Source of the DNA: Pseudomonadota bacterium
GTDB lineage: Bacteria; Pseudomonadota; Alphaproteobacteria; Sphingomonadales; Sphingomonadaceae
Assembly: GCA_046731355.1 (NCBI GenBank)
Contig: JBKPKZ010000090.1
Coordinates: 6,806 to 70,805, forward strand
Direction of reading: 5' to 3'
Length of the DNA: 64,000 bases
The position numbers and the translations under genes are program-made. This document shows, in pieces, positions 19,978 through 29,412 of this stretch. The number at the start of each line of letters is the position of its first letter. Position 1 is the stretch's first letter. The notes beneath the pieces are model-generated. The model was not told the origin of the DNA. It saw only the letters and a list, made by a program, of their open reading frames with translations, and searched no databases.

Positions 19978-20733
19978 GTGAAAGCGGTCACGCTGATCAC
20001 CGGTGCCTCCTCGGGACTGGGCGTCGAGTTCGCGCGGCAGCTTTCGAAAAAGGGACAGAGGCTGGTCCTTGTCGCTCGGCGCAAGGACCGCCTCGACGCG
20101 CTCGCGGCTGAGCTTGGCAACGCTCGCGCGGTCGCCATCGACCTCTCCAGGCCCCACGCGGTCAGGACATTGGTGGATGACTTGCGCAATGCGGACGAGC
20201 AGGTCGAGATTCTGATCAACAATGCAGGCTTCGGCCTTCGCGGGCGTTTCGTCGAGCTCGACGCGTTGCGCGAACGCGAGATGATCGATCTCAATATCGG
20301 CGCGCTGACGGATCTGTGCCGGGCAATCGCGTCCCAGATGGTGGATCGGAAGTCGGGCGCGATCCTCAATGTCGCCTCGACGGCGGCCTTCCAACCCGGA
20401 CCCAACATGGCCGTCTACTTCGCGACCAAGGCCTACGTGCTCTCGTTCACCGAGGCGCTTCACGAAGAACTGAAGCCGCATGGCGTGAAGGTCAGCGCGC
20501 TCTGCCCAGGACCGACGCGGACCGAGTTCGGCGAGGTCGCGGGCATCAAGACGCTGGGCCAGTTCGACCGGCTGGCGATGGAGTCCGAGCCGGTCGTCCG
20601 GGCTGGTCTTGAGGGCCTCGAATCCAATGAAGCGGTCGTGATCCCGGGAGCGACGAACAAGATCGGAGCATGGTCGACCCGCCTTGCGCCACGCTCGGTG
20701 GTCCGGCGGATCGCCGGTTCTCTGAAATTCTGA
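19978..20733 (+). CDS. SDR family oxidoreductase (DltE/YqjQ-like)
   Basis: TGASSGLG, LINNAG, NVAS, YFATK (YxxxK), LCPGPTRT. Confidence 0.93.
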   Translation: MKAVTLITGASSGLGVEFARQLSKKGQRLVLVARRKDRLDALAAELGNARAVAIDLSRPHAVRTLVDDLRNADEQVEILINNAGFGLRGRFVELDALREREMIDLNIGALTDLCRAIASQMVDRKSGAILNVASTAAFQPGPNMAVYFATKAYVLSFTEALHEELKPHGVKVSALCPGPTRTEFGEVAGIKTLGQFDRLAMESEPVVRAGLEGLESNEAVVIPGATNKIGAWSTRLAPRSVVRRIAGSLKF

Positions 20734-20765
20734 AGGGGTTTTCTTCGGGGACATCACCACCACAT

Positions 20766-20790
20766 TGAACCCAATCCCGCCGCGACCGTT
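20766..20790 (+). promoter_or_regulatory. EcfG/SigT-like promoter candidate of the CDC48 gene
   Basis: TGAAC-N16-CGTT, 33 bp upstream of the GTG start. Confidence 0.5.
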
Positions 20791-20822
20791 ACGCTAGCGG
20801 CACGAAATGAGAGGAAGGTTGC

Positions 20823-23141
20823 GTGGCCGATACCGATACCCTTGAGCGGACCACCACGGTAAAGGTGCAGGTCGCCAACCTGCCACCGGCCGATGGCGGA
20901 CGAGGCTTCGCGCGCCTTTCTGTCAGCCTGATGAAATCGCTCGGACTCAACGAAGGCGACGTGATCGAGATCGTCGGCAAGCGCACGACGACGGCTCGGA
21001 TCCTGCGGCCCTATTCCGATGACGCCGGGCTCGACATCATTCGCCTCGACGGCCTGCAGCGTTCGAATGCCCGCGTCGGTTCGGGCGACTATGTCGAGGT
21101 CAAGAAGGCGCAGTCGAAGCCGGCGACACGTGTCGTCTTCGCGCCTGCGCAGGACAACATCCGCCTTCAGGGGTCGGCAACGGCATTGAAGCGCAGCTTC
21201 GCCGCGCGGCCCTTGGTCGAGGGCGATGTCGTCGCCACCACCGGCCACCAGCGGATCGATTCCAACCTTCCTGAAGAAGTCCGGCAGATGCTGAGCGCTC
21301 CTGCTTTCGCGCTTCAGGAAGTGCGTCTCCAGGTCGTCACCACGACGCCCAAGGGAATCGTCCACGTCGATTCCAACACTCAGATCGAGCTTCTCCCGGA
21401 GTTCGCGAAGGGTGACGGCGAGCGCCGAGCGGACGTGACATATGACGACCTCGGCGGAATGCGCGACACGATCGACGCCCTCCGCGAGATGGTCGAACTT
21501 CCGCTTCGCCACCCCGAGCTTTTTCAACGTCTCGGCGTCGATCCGCCCAAGGGAGTCCTCCTCCACGGCCCGCCCGGCACGGGAAAGACCCGGCTCGCCC
21601 GAGCGGTCGCGAACGAAAGCGACGCACGATTCTTCCACATCGCCGGCCCCGAGATCATGGGGTCGGCCTACGGCGAGAGCGAAAAGAAGCTACGCGAATT
21701 GTTCGAGCAGGCGTCCGAGCAGGCTCCGTCGATCATCTTCATCGACGAGATCGATTCGATCGCTCCAAAGCGGAGCCAGGTGACCGGCGAGGCGGAGAAG
21801 CGCCTCGTTGCCCAGCTTCTCAGCCTGATGGATGGCCTTGAGCCACGCCAGAACCTCGTCGTCATCGCCGCCACCAACCGACCGGAGGCGATCGACGAAG
21901 CGCTCCGTCGCCCCGGCCGCTTCGATCGCGAGATCGTCGTCGGCGTTCCCGACCAGAAGGGCCGTCGCGAGATCCTCGGCATTCACACGCGCGGCATGCC
22001 GCTCAGCCCGAGCGTCGACCTCGACGAGTTGGCGCGGCAGACCTACGGTTTCGTTGGCGCCGATCTAGCCGCGCTGACCCGCGAGGCGGCGCTCGAGGCC
22101 GTTCGCCGGATCATGCCCAAGCTCAACCTGGAAGAAGAGACCATCCCGACCGACGTGCTCGACGACCTGTCGGTCGAGCCGAGCGATTTCATCAATGCGT
22201 TGAAGCGGGTTCAGCCTTCCGCGATGCGCGAGGTGATGGTCGAGACTCCATCGGTCGGTTGGGATGACGTCGGCGGGCTTGATGCCGCGCGTGACCGGCT
22301 TCGCGAAGGCGTTGAGCTGCCGCTCAAGCACCCCGATGCATTCCGCCGCTTGGGCATTCGGCCTGCCCGCGGCTTCCTGCTTTACGGCCCCCCGGGAACC
22401 GGCAAGACACTGCTGGCCAAGGCGACCGCGCGGGAGAGCGAGGCTAACTTCATCGCCACCAAGTCCTCGGACCTGCTCAGCAAATGGTACGGCGAAAGCG
22501 AGCAGCAGATCGCACGGCTGTTCGCCCGTGCGCGGCAGGTGGCACCGACAGTCATCTTTATCGACGAGCTGGACAGCCTCGTCCCGGCGCGCGGTGGCGG
22601 ACTTGGTGAACCACAAGTGACGGAGCGCGTAGTCAACACGATCCTGGCCGAAATGGACGGGCTCGAAGAGCTCAACAATGTCGTTCTGATCGGCGCGACC
22701 AACCGCCCCAACCTGATCGATCCGGCGCTGCTTCGGCCGGGCCGTCTCGACGAGCTGATTTACGTCGGCACGCCGGATACGGCCGGCCGTCGGCGAATCC
22801 TCGCGATCCACACCGAGGATATGCCGCTGGCGCGCGATGTGGACCTGGAATCGCTCGCACAGCGAACGGAGCGGTTCACCGGCGCCGATCTCGAAGACCT
22901 CGTCCGTCGTGCCGGCCTCACTGCGCTTCGTCGCGGGCTCGATGCCAACGAAGTGACGAAGGCCGACTTCGAGGCGGCGCTCGCGGAGACGCGCGCGTCG
23001 GTCACGCCGGAAATGCTCGAGGAATATGACCGCATCCAGGAGACCCTGAAGAGCGAGGCCGTGCGTCCGACCGGAATCGGCTTCGTCCTTCCGGGCATGC
23101 TCCGCTCCCGTGGCGGAGAGGGCAAGGGTCCCTCGACCTAG
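20823..23141 (+). CDS. CDC48/VAT/p97-family double AAA+ ATPase
   Basis: 772 aa; N-domain (DxGRGFARL...[11 protein letters not shown]), two GPPGTGKT Walker A, IFIDEID/IFIDELD Walker [11 protein letters not shown] and [10 protein letters not shown] arginine fingers, KWYGESE D2 pore loop. Confidence 0.95.
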   Translation: MADTDTLERTTTVKVQVANLPPADGGRGFARLSVSLMKSLGLNEGDVIEIVGKRTTTARILRPYSDDAGLDIIRLDGLQRSNARVGSGDYVEVKKAQSKPATRVVFAPAQDNIRLQGSATALKRSFAARPLVEGDVVATTGHQRIDSNLPEEVRQMLSAPAFALQEVRLQVVTTTPKGIVHVDSNTQIELLPEFAKGDGERRADVTYDDLGGMRDTIDALREMVELPLRHPELFQRLGVDPPKGVLLHGPPGTGKTRLARAVANESDARFFHIAGPEIMGSAYGESEKKLRELFEQASEQAPSIIFIDEIDSIAPKRSQVTGEAEKRLVAQLLSLMDGLEPRQNLVVIAATNRPEAIDEALRRPGRFDREIVVGVPDQKGRREILGIHTRGMPLSPSVDLDELARQTYGFVGADLAALTREAALEAVRRIMPKLNLEEETIPTDVLDDLSVEPSDFINALKRVQPSAMREVMVETPSVGWDDVGGLDAARDRLREGVELPLKHPDAFRRLGIRPARGFLLYGPPGTGKTLLAKATARESEANFIATKSSDLLSKWYGESEQQIARLFARARQVAPTVIFIDELDSLVPARGGGLGEPQVTERVVNTILAEMDGLEELNNVVLIGATNRPNLIDPALLRPGRLDELIYVGTPDTAGRRRILAIHTEDMPLARDVDLESLAQRTERFTGADLEDLVRRAGLTALRRGLDANEVTKADFEAALAETRASVTPEMLEEYDRIQETLKSEAVRPTGIGFVLPGMLRSRGGEGKGPST

Positions 23142-24436
23142 AGCGCCGGAAGCCTACTCCTCGACCAGATAGCGAGTGCAAGAAGCAGTCCGGCGGAGAC
23201 TGCGAACGGCAGGTTTGGGCTCACGAGATATAGCGCCATTCCCAGTGCCGGCGCAGCCACCCAGCTGATGCCGTTGGCAGCGGTGATCAGCCCCGCGACT
23301 CCGCCTTGCTCGCTCATCGGGACCGCCAGCGAGGCGCCACCGGTGAATCCTGGCCGAGTGAAGCCGAAGCCGAGCGATGCGAGACCGAACGACAAGGTGA
23401 TACCATAGAGATCGCGGGCGACGACTGCGCCCGCGAGCCCGATCGCAGCGACAAGGGAGCCCCACAAGATCAACGCTCGAGGCTTCAGTGCCAGCCTCGG
23501 GATCAGGCCCCACTGCGCAGCGAGCGTCGCCGACGCGCCGGCCATCATCACGATTGCGATCGAAGCCTCCGATCCGTGCGGCTCGAGATGCAGTCGGTCG
23601 ATCACGAAGAAGCCGATGCAGGTGAGCGTCGCCGCCTGGGCATGACCAGCCGCGACGCCCGCAAGAATCCACGTCCGCACTCGGGAATCCTTCCAGCTCA
23701 GCCTCTTGCTCCTAGGCGACGTCGCTGCGACGACGCTCGCTCCGGTCGGCTGCGACGCTCCGGAGGGGTAGCTCATCGCCGCGCCCCGACCGAGGCGCCG
23801 GCCATAACGGTCGTTTGGAAGCCAGAGCAGCACTGAAACGAACACCGCGATCGCGATCAGCGCGAATGCGAACATCGGTCCGGCCAGCCCGACGAACGGC
23901 AGTACGAACAACGGCGCCACTGCCGGGCCGATAATCGTTCCGAGGCCGAACGACGAGGACAGCGCCGAAAGGGCAGCGACCCGTCCGCTTCGACGGGTCT
24001 TGGCGGCGAGGTACGCCTGGGTCGCCGACGGAGTGGCGCTTCCGAATGCGCCATAGATCGCCCGGAACATGCCGAACAATGCAAACGTCACTCCGCCCCC
24101 GACCACCCCGACGAGACCAAGGTGCAGTACCGTTCCGCAAAGCAGGGTGGAGACGATAAATCCGGTCAGGCCCAGCAAAGTCAGCGCTTTCCGGCCATGG
24201 TGATCGCTCTTTTCGGCCCAGAACGGCGCGAGCGCCACCCACAGGACCGCGGACCAAGTGTACGCGACCGCGACCCAGAAATCGGAAATGCCGATCTCGC
24301 GGCCGATTGCGGGCATGACCGATTGAAGCGCGGTATTACCGGACGCGGCAACCAGCATGGCCGCGTAGAGCAAAAGGAAATGGGTGCGCGTCAGCGCGGT
24401 CGTTCCGATGCGTGGCCTGGCAAGTTCTTGACGCAC
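23138..24436 (-). CDS. MFS transporter (DHA1/TetA-like)
   Basis: About 12 hydrophobic segments; SDHHGRK motif A after TM2; GLGTIIGPAVA motif C-like. Confidence 0.88.
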   Translation of the reverse strand: MRQELARPRIGTTALTRTHFLLLYAAMLVAASGNTALQSVMPAIGREIGISDFWVAVAYTWSAVLWVALAPFWAEKSDHHGRKALTLLGLTGFIVSTLLCGTVLHLGLVGVVGGGVTFALFGMFRAIYGAFGSATPSATQAYLAAKTRRSGRVAALSALSSSFGLGTIIGPAVAPLFVLPFVGLAGPMFAFALIAIAVFVSVLLWLPNDRYGRRLGRGAAMSYPSGASQPTGASVVAATSPRSKRLSWKDSRVRTWILAGVAAGHAQAATLTCIGFFVIDRLHLEPHGSEASIAIVMMAGASATLAAQWGLIPRLALKPRALILWGSLVAAIGLAGAVVARDLYGITLSFGLASLGFGFTRPGFTGGASLAVPMSEQGGVAGLITAANGISWVAAPALGMALYLVSPNLPFAVSAGLLLALAIWSRSRLPAL

Positions 24437-24534
24437 CTCGAGCTTCTAGCGTCCGCCGGGCGCGGGCTTCCAGCCGAGAAATCAGCTGTACGGCTTGGCC
24501 ACGAGCCGCCTTTGCCGCTAGTCCAACACAGCCG

Positions 24535-25443
24535 ATGGATATCTACCTCCCGATCGCCGGCCAGTCGGTCAACGCCTTGCTGATCATCGCGCTCGGCGGA
24601 ATCGTCGGCATCCTCTCCGGCATGTTCGGCGTCGGCGGCGGCTTTCTAACGACACCGCTTCTGATCTTTTACGGAATCCCGCCCTCCGTGGCCGTTGCAT
24701 CCGCAACCACGCAGATCACTGGAGCGAGCGTGACCGGGGCGATGGCGCACATGCGACGAGGCGGCGCCGACGTGCAGATGGCCGCGATCATGATCATTGG
24801 CGGCCTCATCGGATCGCTGGTTGGCGCCGCAATCTTCCGCGCCCTTCAGGCCAGCGGACAGATCGATGTGGTGATCGGCGGTCTCTACGTACTGCTGCTC
24901 GGCTACATCGGGTTCCTGATGCTCAAGGATGCACTGACGGCCCTTGGCTATGTGAAGACGAAAGCGCCGGAGAAGAGGCCCCGGCACAACCGCTGGGTCG
25001 CGGCGCTTCCTTTAAGATGGCGATTCTACAAGTCGGGTCTCTACATCTCTCCGCTGGCGCCTTTCGCGCTCGGCTTCGGCGCGGGCGTCCTGACGATGCT
25101 GCTCGGCATCGGCGGCGGCTTCATCCTCGTTCCGGCGATGATCTACATCCTCGGAATGCCGGCTCGAATTGTCATCGGAACGTCGTTGGTGATCATCCTC
25201 GTCATCGCGGCGGGCACGACGATGGTGCACGCGCTGACGACCCGCGCGGTCGACATCGTGCTTGCCGGCTTGCTGCTGCTCGGCGGTGTCATCGGCGCGC
25301 AATACGGCGCGGTCCTCGCTACCCGAATGAAGCCGGACTACCTCCGCCTCGCCCTGGCGGTCGTCATCCTTCTTGTAGCGGGCCGGATGCTCCTCGGCCT
25401 CACCTGGCGGCCGGACGACATCTTCACCGTGGAGTATCTGTGA
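24535..25443 (+). CDS. TauE/SafE (TSUP) family membrane protein
   Basis: MDIYLPIA start; duplicated G(M)FGVGGGF and LGIGGGF..VP...AIGTS halves. Confidence 0.92.
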   Translation: MDIYLPIAGQSVNALLIIALGGIVGILSGMFGVGGGFLTTPLLIFYGIPPSVAVASATTQITGASVTGAMAHMRRGGADVQMAAIMIIGGLIGSLVGAAIFRALQASGQIDVVIGGLYVLLLGYIGFLMLKDALTALGYVKTKAPEKRPRHNRWVAALPLRWRFYKSGLYISPLAPFALGFGAGVLTMLLGIGGGFILVPAMIYILGMPARIVIGTSLVIILVIAAGTTMVHALTTRAVDIVLAGLLLLGGVIGAQYGAVLATRMKPDYLRLALAVVILLVAGRMLLGLTWRPDDIFTVEYL

Positions 25444-26204
25444 GGCCGGTGGCTGCCGTAGCGCTGGCCACGGCGTCGCTGGCGTTGATGGGGCAAGCCA
25501 AGCCTGTACTCGTCCCTGACGTCTCGGCGCGGCGAATCGAAATCCGGTACAGCTTCACGGGCGCGCAGCTGCTTCTGTTCGGTGCGATCCTCTATCCCCG
25601 CGGCCGCATTCCGGCGCATGACCCGGACATTGCCGTTGTCCTTCGCGGGCCGGTCCAGCCGATCCTGGTGCGTGAGAAACAGAAAATTGCTGGCATCTGG
25701 ATGAATGCGGATTCGGCCCGATTCCGCTCGGCGCCGTCCTATTACGCAGTGGCCTCGTCGAAGCCGATCTCCAAGCTCCTCGATGAGCGGACGGCCGGAA
25801 TCTACGAAGTGGGGCTTCAGAACCTTCAACTGTCTCCGGGCTCGGGCGCCGTTCCGGAGCGTGCACGGCATTTCGAAGCGGGACTGATCGACCTCAGAAA
25901 GAAGCGCGGAGTCTATTACGAAGACCCGCGCGGCGTGGAAATCACGGAGGGCGTACTCTACCGCGCGCGCATCACCATCCCTAGCCAGGTTCCGGTCGGC
26001 ACCTATTCTGCCGAGACCTTCCTGATCCAGGACGGGCGAGTCCTCGCCGTCGCCACTCGCGACATCTACATCGGCAAGACCGGTTTCGAGCGCTGGGTGT
26101 CGCTCGTCGCCCGGCGCCATGAGGGACTTTACGGTCTAGCGGCGGTGATCATGTCGCTGGGTCTCGGCTGGGCGGCCGCCGTCGTCTTCCGCCGCCGCTT
26201 CTAG
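25440..26204 (+). CDS. TIGR02186 family transmembrane protein
   Basis: GTG overlaps the TauE stop; I.I.YSFTGAQLLLFGAI, REKQKIAGIWMN, C-terminal TM; the usual partner of this TauE subfamily. Confidence 0.85.
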   Translation: MRPVAAVALATASLALMGQAKPVLVPDVSARRIEIRYSFTGAQLLLFGAILYPRGRIPAHDPDIAVVLRGPVQPILVREKQKIAGIWMNADSARFRSAPSYYAVASSKPISKLLDERTAGIYEVGLQNLQLSPGSGAVPERARHFEAGLIDLRKKRGVYYEDPRGVEITEGVLYRARITIPSQVPVGTYSAETFLIQDGRVLAVATRDIYIGKTGFERWVSLVARRHEGLYGLAAVIMSLGLGWAAAVVFRRRF

Positions 26205-26265
26205 CCTAAGGCAAATCTTAACCGCTCGCGCTTACTAGACTTGCTCCAGATCTAGTTAACGCGAG

Positions 26266-27963
26266 TTGGGGCGGCATAATATGGACGAACAACCGAACCT
26301 GCAGAATTTCGTCAATGAAATCAGCAGCTTCAGTGATGATGGAAGCGCGCCCAAGGCGACTTCACCGGCTGCGGCGAACCTTCAGGCCATTGGCGAAGTG
26401 CTCGAAATCGCGGGCTCCGGCTCGCGAATCCGCATGGATAATGCGGCGCTTGCCGCGAACGCCAATCACTCCGATCCGTCCGTCGCCATGTCCGGCCAGG
26501 TCGGTAGCCAGGTAAAGATGGCGGTCGGCAACAGCTGGCTCATCGCCAACGTGCGGACGATGAAGGGTGAGAATAACGAGGTCATCGCGGCGATCGACTT
26601 CCTCGGCGAAGGCGCGCGCGATTCGCGTGGCGGAATGAGCAATTTCCGCCGTGGTGTGACTCGCTATCCGATCCCCGGCCACAAGGTGCTTCCGGTAACG
26701 ACGCAGGACCTTCGCTCGGTGTTCGCGGCCGACGACAGCCCCCATATCGAGATTGGAACCGTCTACCCGACGGATGACATTCGCGGTGCGCTCTACGTCG
26801 ACCCGATGCTGTCGAAACACTTCGCGGTGCTGGGATCGACCGGTACCGGTAAGTCGACCTCGGTTTCGCTCATCCTTCACCGAATCTCGGAGCTGAGCCC
26901 CGAGGGTCACATCGTGATGATCGACCCCCACGGCGAATATTCGGCAGCGTTCAAGGATTGCGGCGAGCTGTTCAACGTCGACAACCTCCAGCTTCCGTAC
27001 TGGCTGATGAACTTTGAAGAGCATTGCGAAGTCATATTGACGACGCATGGCTCCGAGCGTCAGCGCGATGCCGACATCCTGGCCAAATGCCTTCTCGCCG
27101 CCCGTACCAAGGGCAAGAACATGGAGCAGTTCGGCAAGGTCACGGTCGATTCACCTATCCCTTACCTGCTCGCCGATTTGAGCGGCATCATCGTCAACGA
27201 AATGGGCAAGCTCGAACGGGCCGGGGACACGCTTCCCTATCAGCGCCTGAAGACGAAGCTCGAAGAGCTGCGGGCCGATCCGCGCTACACCTTCATGTTC
27301 TCGGGCATGCTGGTTTCGGACACGATGGGCGGCTTCCTTGCCAAGCTGTTCCGACTGCCGAGCCACGGCCGTCCAATCTCGATCGTCGACGTGTCGGGGG
27401 TTCCATCCGAAATCACCTCGGTCGTGGTTTCGGTGCTCGCGCGAATGGTCTTCGACTATGCGATCTGGTCGCGCACCGAGCCGCAGCGTCCGATCCTTCT
27501 GGTCTGCGAAGAGGCCCACCGCTATGTCCCGAAGGACGAGAACGGCGGCGCCCAGGCCGTCCGCAAGATCCTCGAACGTATCGCCAAGGAAGGCCGTAAG
27601 TACGGCGTGTCGCTGGGCCTGATCACGCAGCGTCCGTCCGACTTGGCGGAAGGCGTCCTGTCACAGTGCGGTACCATCATCTCGATGCGTTTGAACAACG
27701 ACCGGGACCAGGCCTGCGTTCGGGCGGCGATGCCGGAAGGTGCGCGCGGTTTCCTCGACGCCATCCCGGCGCTTCGCAACCGAGAATGCATCGCCTGCGG
27801 CGAGGGTGTCGCGATCCCGATCCGAGTCCGGTTCGACGATCTCGAGCCGGAAAAGCGCCCGGCCTCGGCCGACCCGAGCTTCGCAGCCCTGTGGCGCGAA
27901 ACGGGCGGCGAGGACGGAATCATCCAGCGCACCGTCAAGCGCTGGCGCGGTCACGGCCGCTAA
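26266..27963 (+). CDS. HerA/DUF87-type FtsK-HerA superfamily ATPase
   Basis: N-terminal HAS-barrel-like region, VLGSTGTGKS Walker A, LVCEEAHRY Walker B, EGRKYG, ITQRPS. The start may be ATG 26281. Confidence 0.88.
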   Translation: MGRHNMDEQPNLQNFVNEISSFSDDGSAPKATSPAAANLQAIGEVLEIAGSGSRIRMDNAALAANANHSDPSVAMSGQVGSQVKMAVGNSWLIANVRTMKGENNEVIAAIDFLGEGARDSRGGMSNFRRGVTRYPIPGHKVLPVTTQDLRSVFAADDSPHIEIGTVYPTDDIRGALYVDPMLSKHFAVLGSTGTGKSTSVSLILHRISELSPEGHIVMIDPHGEYSAAFKDCGELFNVDNLQLPYWLMNFEEHCEVILTTHGSERQRDADILAKCLLAARTKGKNMEQFGKVTVDSPIPYLLADLSGIIVNEMGKLERAGDTLPYQRLKTKLEELRADPRYTFMFSGMLVSDTMGGFLAKLFRLPSHGRPISIVDVSGVPSEITSVVVSVLARMVFDYAIWSRTEPQRPILLVCEEAHRYVPKDENGGAQAVRKILERIAKEGRKYGVSLGLITQRPSDLAEGVLSQCGTIISMRLNNDRDQACVRAAMPEGARGFLDAIPALRNRECIACGEGVAIPIRVRFDDLEPEKRPASADPSFAALWRETGGEDGIIQRTVKRWRGHGR

Positions 27964-28010
27964 GACTGGCCAGGCGTGGCTCCTCACCGGGAGCCACGCC
28001 ACTTTAAAGC

Positions 28011-28415
28011 TTACCGCCCAACCGAAATCGTGATTGCGGCTGCCGCGATTTGGGAGGATCCGGTCGATGCGATGTCCTCAGCACGCTGGACCGCTCGGGC
28101 GATCTGTGGACGCGCATCATTCCAGGCATGGTTCGAGCATCTCATCATGCCGGCCTTGAACCCGAAGCTTCCGCTGTCGCCAAGGTTGGCCTCGGTGCAG
28201 ACGTCACCGATCGCGAAATTGACCCGGTCGTTGAGAGTCGTGACGCCCGCCGGCAGAGCCAGGTCAAGGTCGGCGTAGCTGACGTGGCGGACGACGAGCT
28301 CGGTCGGAGCCGTGACAAGGACAGGACTGTCCTTGGCATTCGCCGAAGTTGGCAGGAACAGGCCACCAGCCCCTAGGGCGGCGGCGGTGAAACTCGAAAG
28401 TATAAGCTTCCTCAT
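28011..28415 (-). CDS. UrcA family secreted protein
   Basis: Signal peptide MRKLIL...ANA; VSYADLDLALPAGVTTL...VC motif with two Cys. Confidence 0.85.
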   Translation of the reverse strand: MRKLILSSFTAAALGAGGLFLPTSANAKDSPVLVTAPTELVVRHVSYADLDLALPAGVTTLNDRVNFAIGDVCTEANLGDSGSFGFKAGMMRCSNHAWNDARPQIARAVQRAEDIASTGSSQIAAAAITISVGR

Positions 28416-28638
28416 TGAGTTCCATCCCATCTGGTCCGCTTGTGGACGGGCACCCAATGGTCCAGCCGAGATTGGAGCGCATTTCGTTTTCGGCAGACTC
28501 GGCCGGGCATTAGACGAGTGAGAAGCCGATTCGACGAACGCCGTCGTATCCGCTGATGAATGGCCAGAGCGGCACCTATGGAAGACGAAGTTGTGCTCCC
28601 CTATGGTGCGCCCTTAACGCAGGGGGACAAGTTACACC

Positions 28639-29406
28639 GTGAATTGGAAGTCTCCAGACCTTCCCGACCCGCAGGGCTATGCAGCGGTCTTCGAGAAGCG
28701 CGCGGCCGAATATGACTATGCGATGAGGTTCGCTCCAAGAGCGCGCGACGCGGAATTCACGGCATTGCTGGAGCCACTGTCCGAACTTTCGCCAGGACTC
28801 GTTTGCGATATTCCTGCGGGCGGCGGCTATCTGGCGCCCTATCTCCGTACGGGCTTCGAATATCTCGGCGTTGAGCCCACCAGCGAATTCCTCACGGCCT
28901 GGCCGGCCGAGCTGAAGAAGGTCAGTTCCGGAATGACGGACGTGCCGCTTGCCGACGGGTCGGTCGATTATATCGTCAGCCTCGCGGGGCTCCACCATGA
29001 GCCCGACCTTCGTCCCGTGTTCGGTGAGTTTCGTCGGATCGTTCGGGACAGCGGCCGCGTGATTGTCTCGGATGCTGCGGCCGGCACCGCTCCGGCATCG
29101 TTCCTCAACGGCTTCGTCGACGAGAATAATCCCCTCGGACATGACGGGCGCTTCCTCGACGAGACGACGGCATCGCTCCTGGTGGCAGCCGGCTTTGCCA
29201 TCCGCGAGGACCGCCTGGTCGACGTCCCCTGGTCGTTCGGAAGCATGACGGAAGCCGGCGAGTTTTGTCGTCACCTCTTTGGAACCTCGTCGCTCGACGC
29301 GGATGAAGTCGCTCGGGTCCTGGATCGGGAAATTGGCTTCGATTGGTCGGATGACCGACCGCATCTCAAGTGGAAGCTGCGCCGGATCATCTGCGATCCA
29401 GCCTAG
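28639..29406 (+). CDS. Class I SAM-dependent methyltransferase
   Basis: DIPAGGGYL motif I, VPLADGSVD, LAGLHH, GGRV-like SGRVIVSD. Confidence 0.85.
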   Translation: MNWKSPDLPDPQGYAAVFEKRAAEYDYAMRFAPRARDAEFTALLEPLSELSPGLVCDIPAGGGYLAPYLRTGFEYLGVEPTSEFLTAWPAELKKVSSGMTDVPLADGSVDYIVSLAGLHHEPDLRPVFGEFRRIVRDSGRVIVSDAAAGTAPASFLNGFVDENNPLGHDGRFLDETTASLLVAAGFAIREDRLVDVPWSFGSMTEAGEFCRHLFGTSSLDADEVARVLDREIGFDWSDDRPHLKWKLRRIICDPA

Positions 29407-29412
29407 CCGCGA

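Noticed and set aside
26266-27963. HerA as part of an antiphage system
   Set aside because: No Sir2, DUF4297 or nuclease partner; the context and composition look like core genome.
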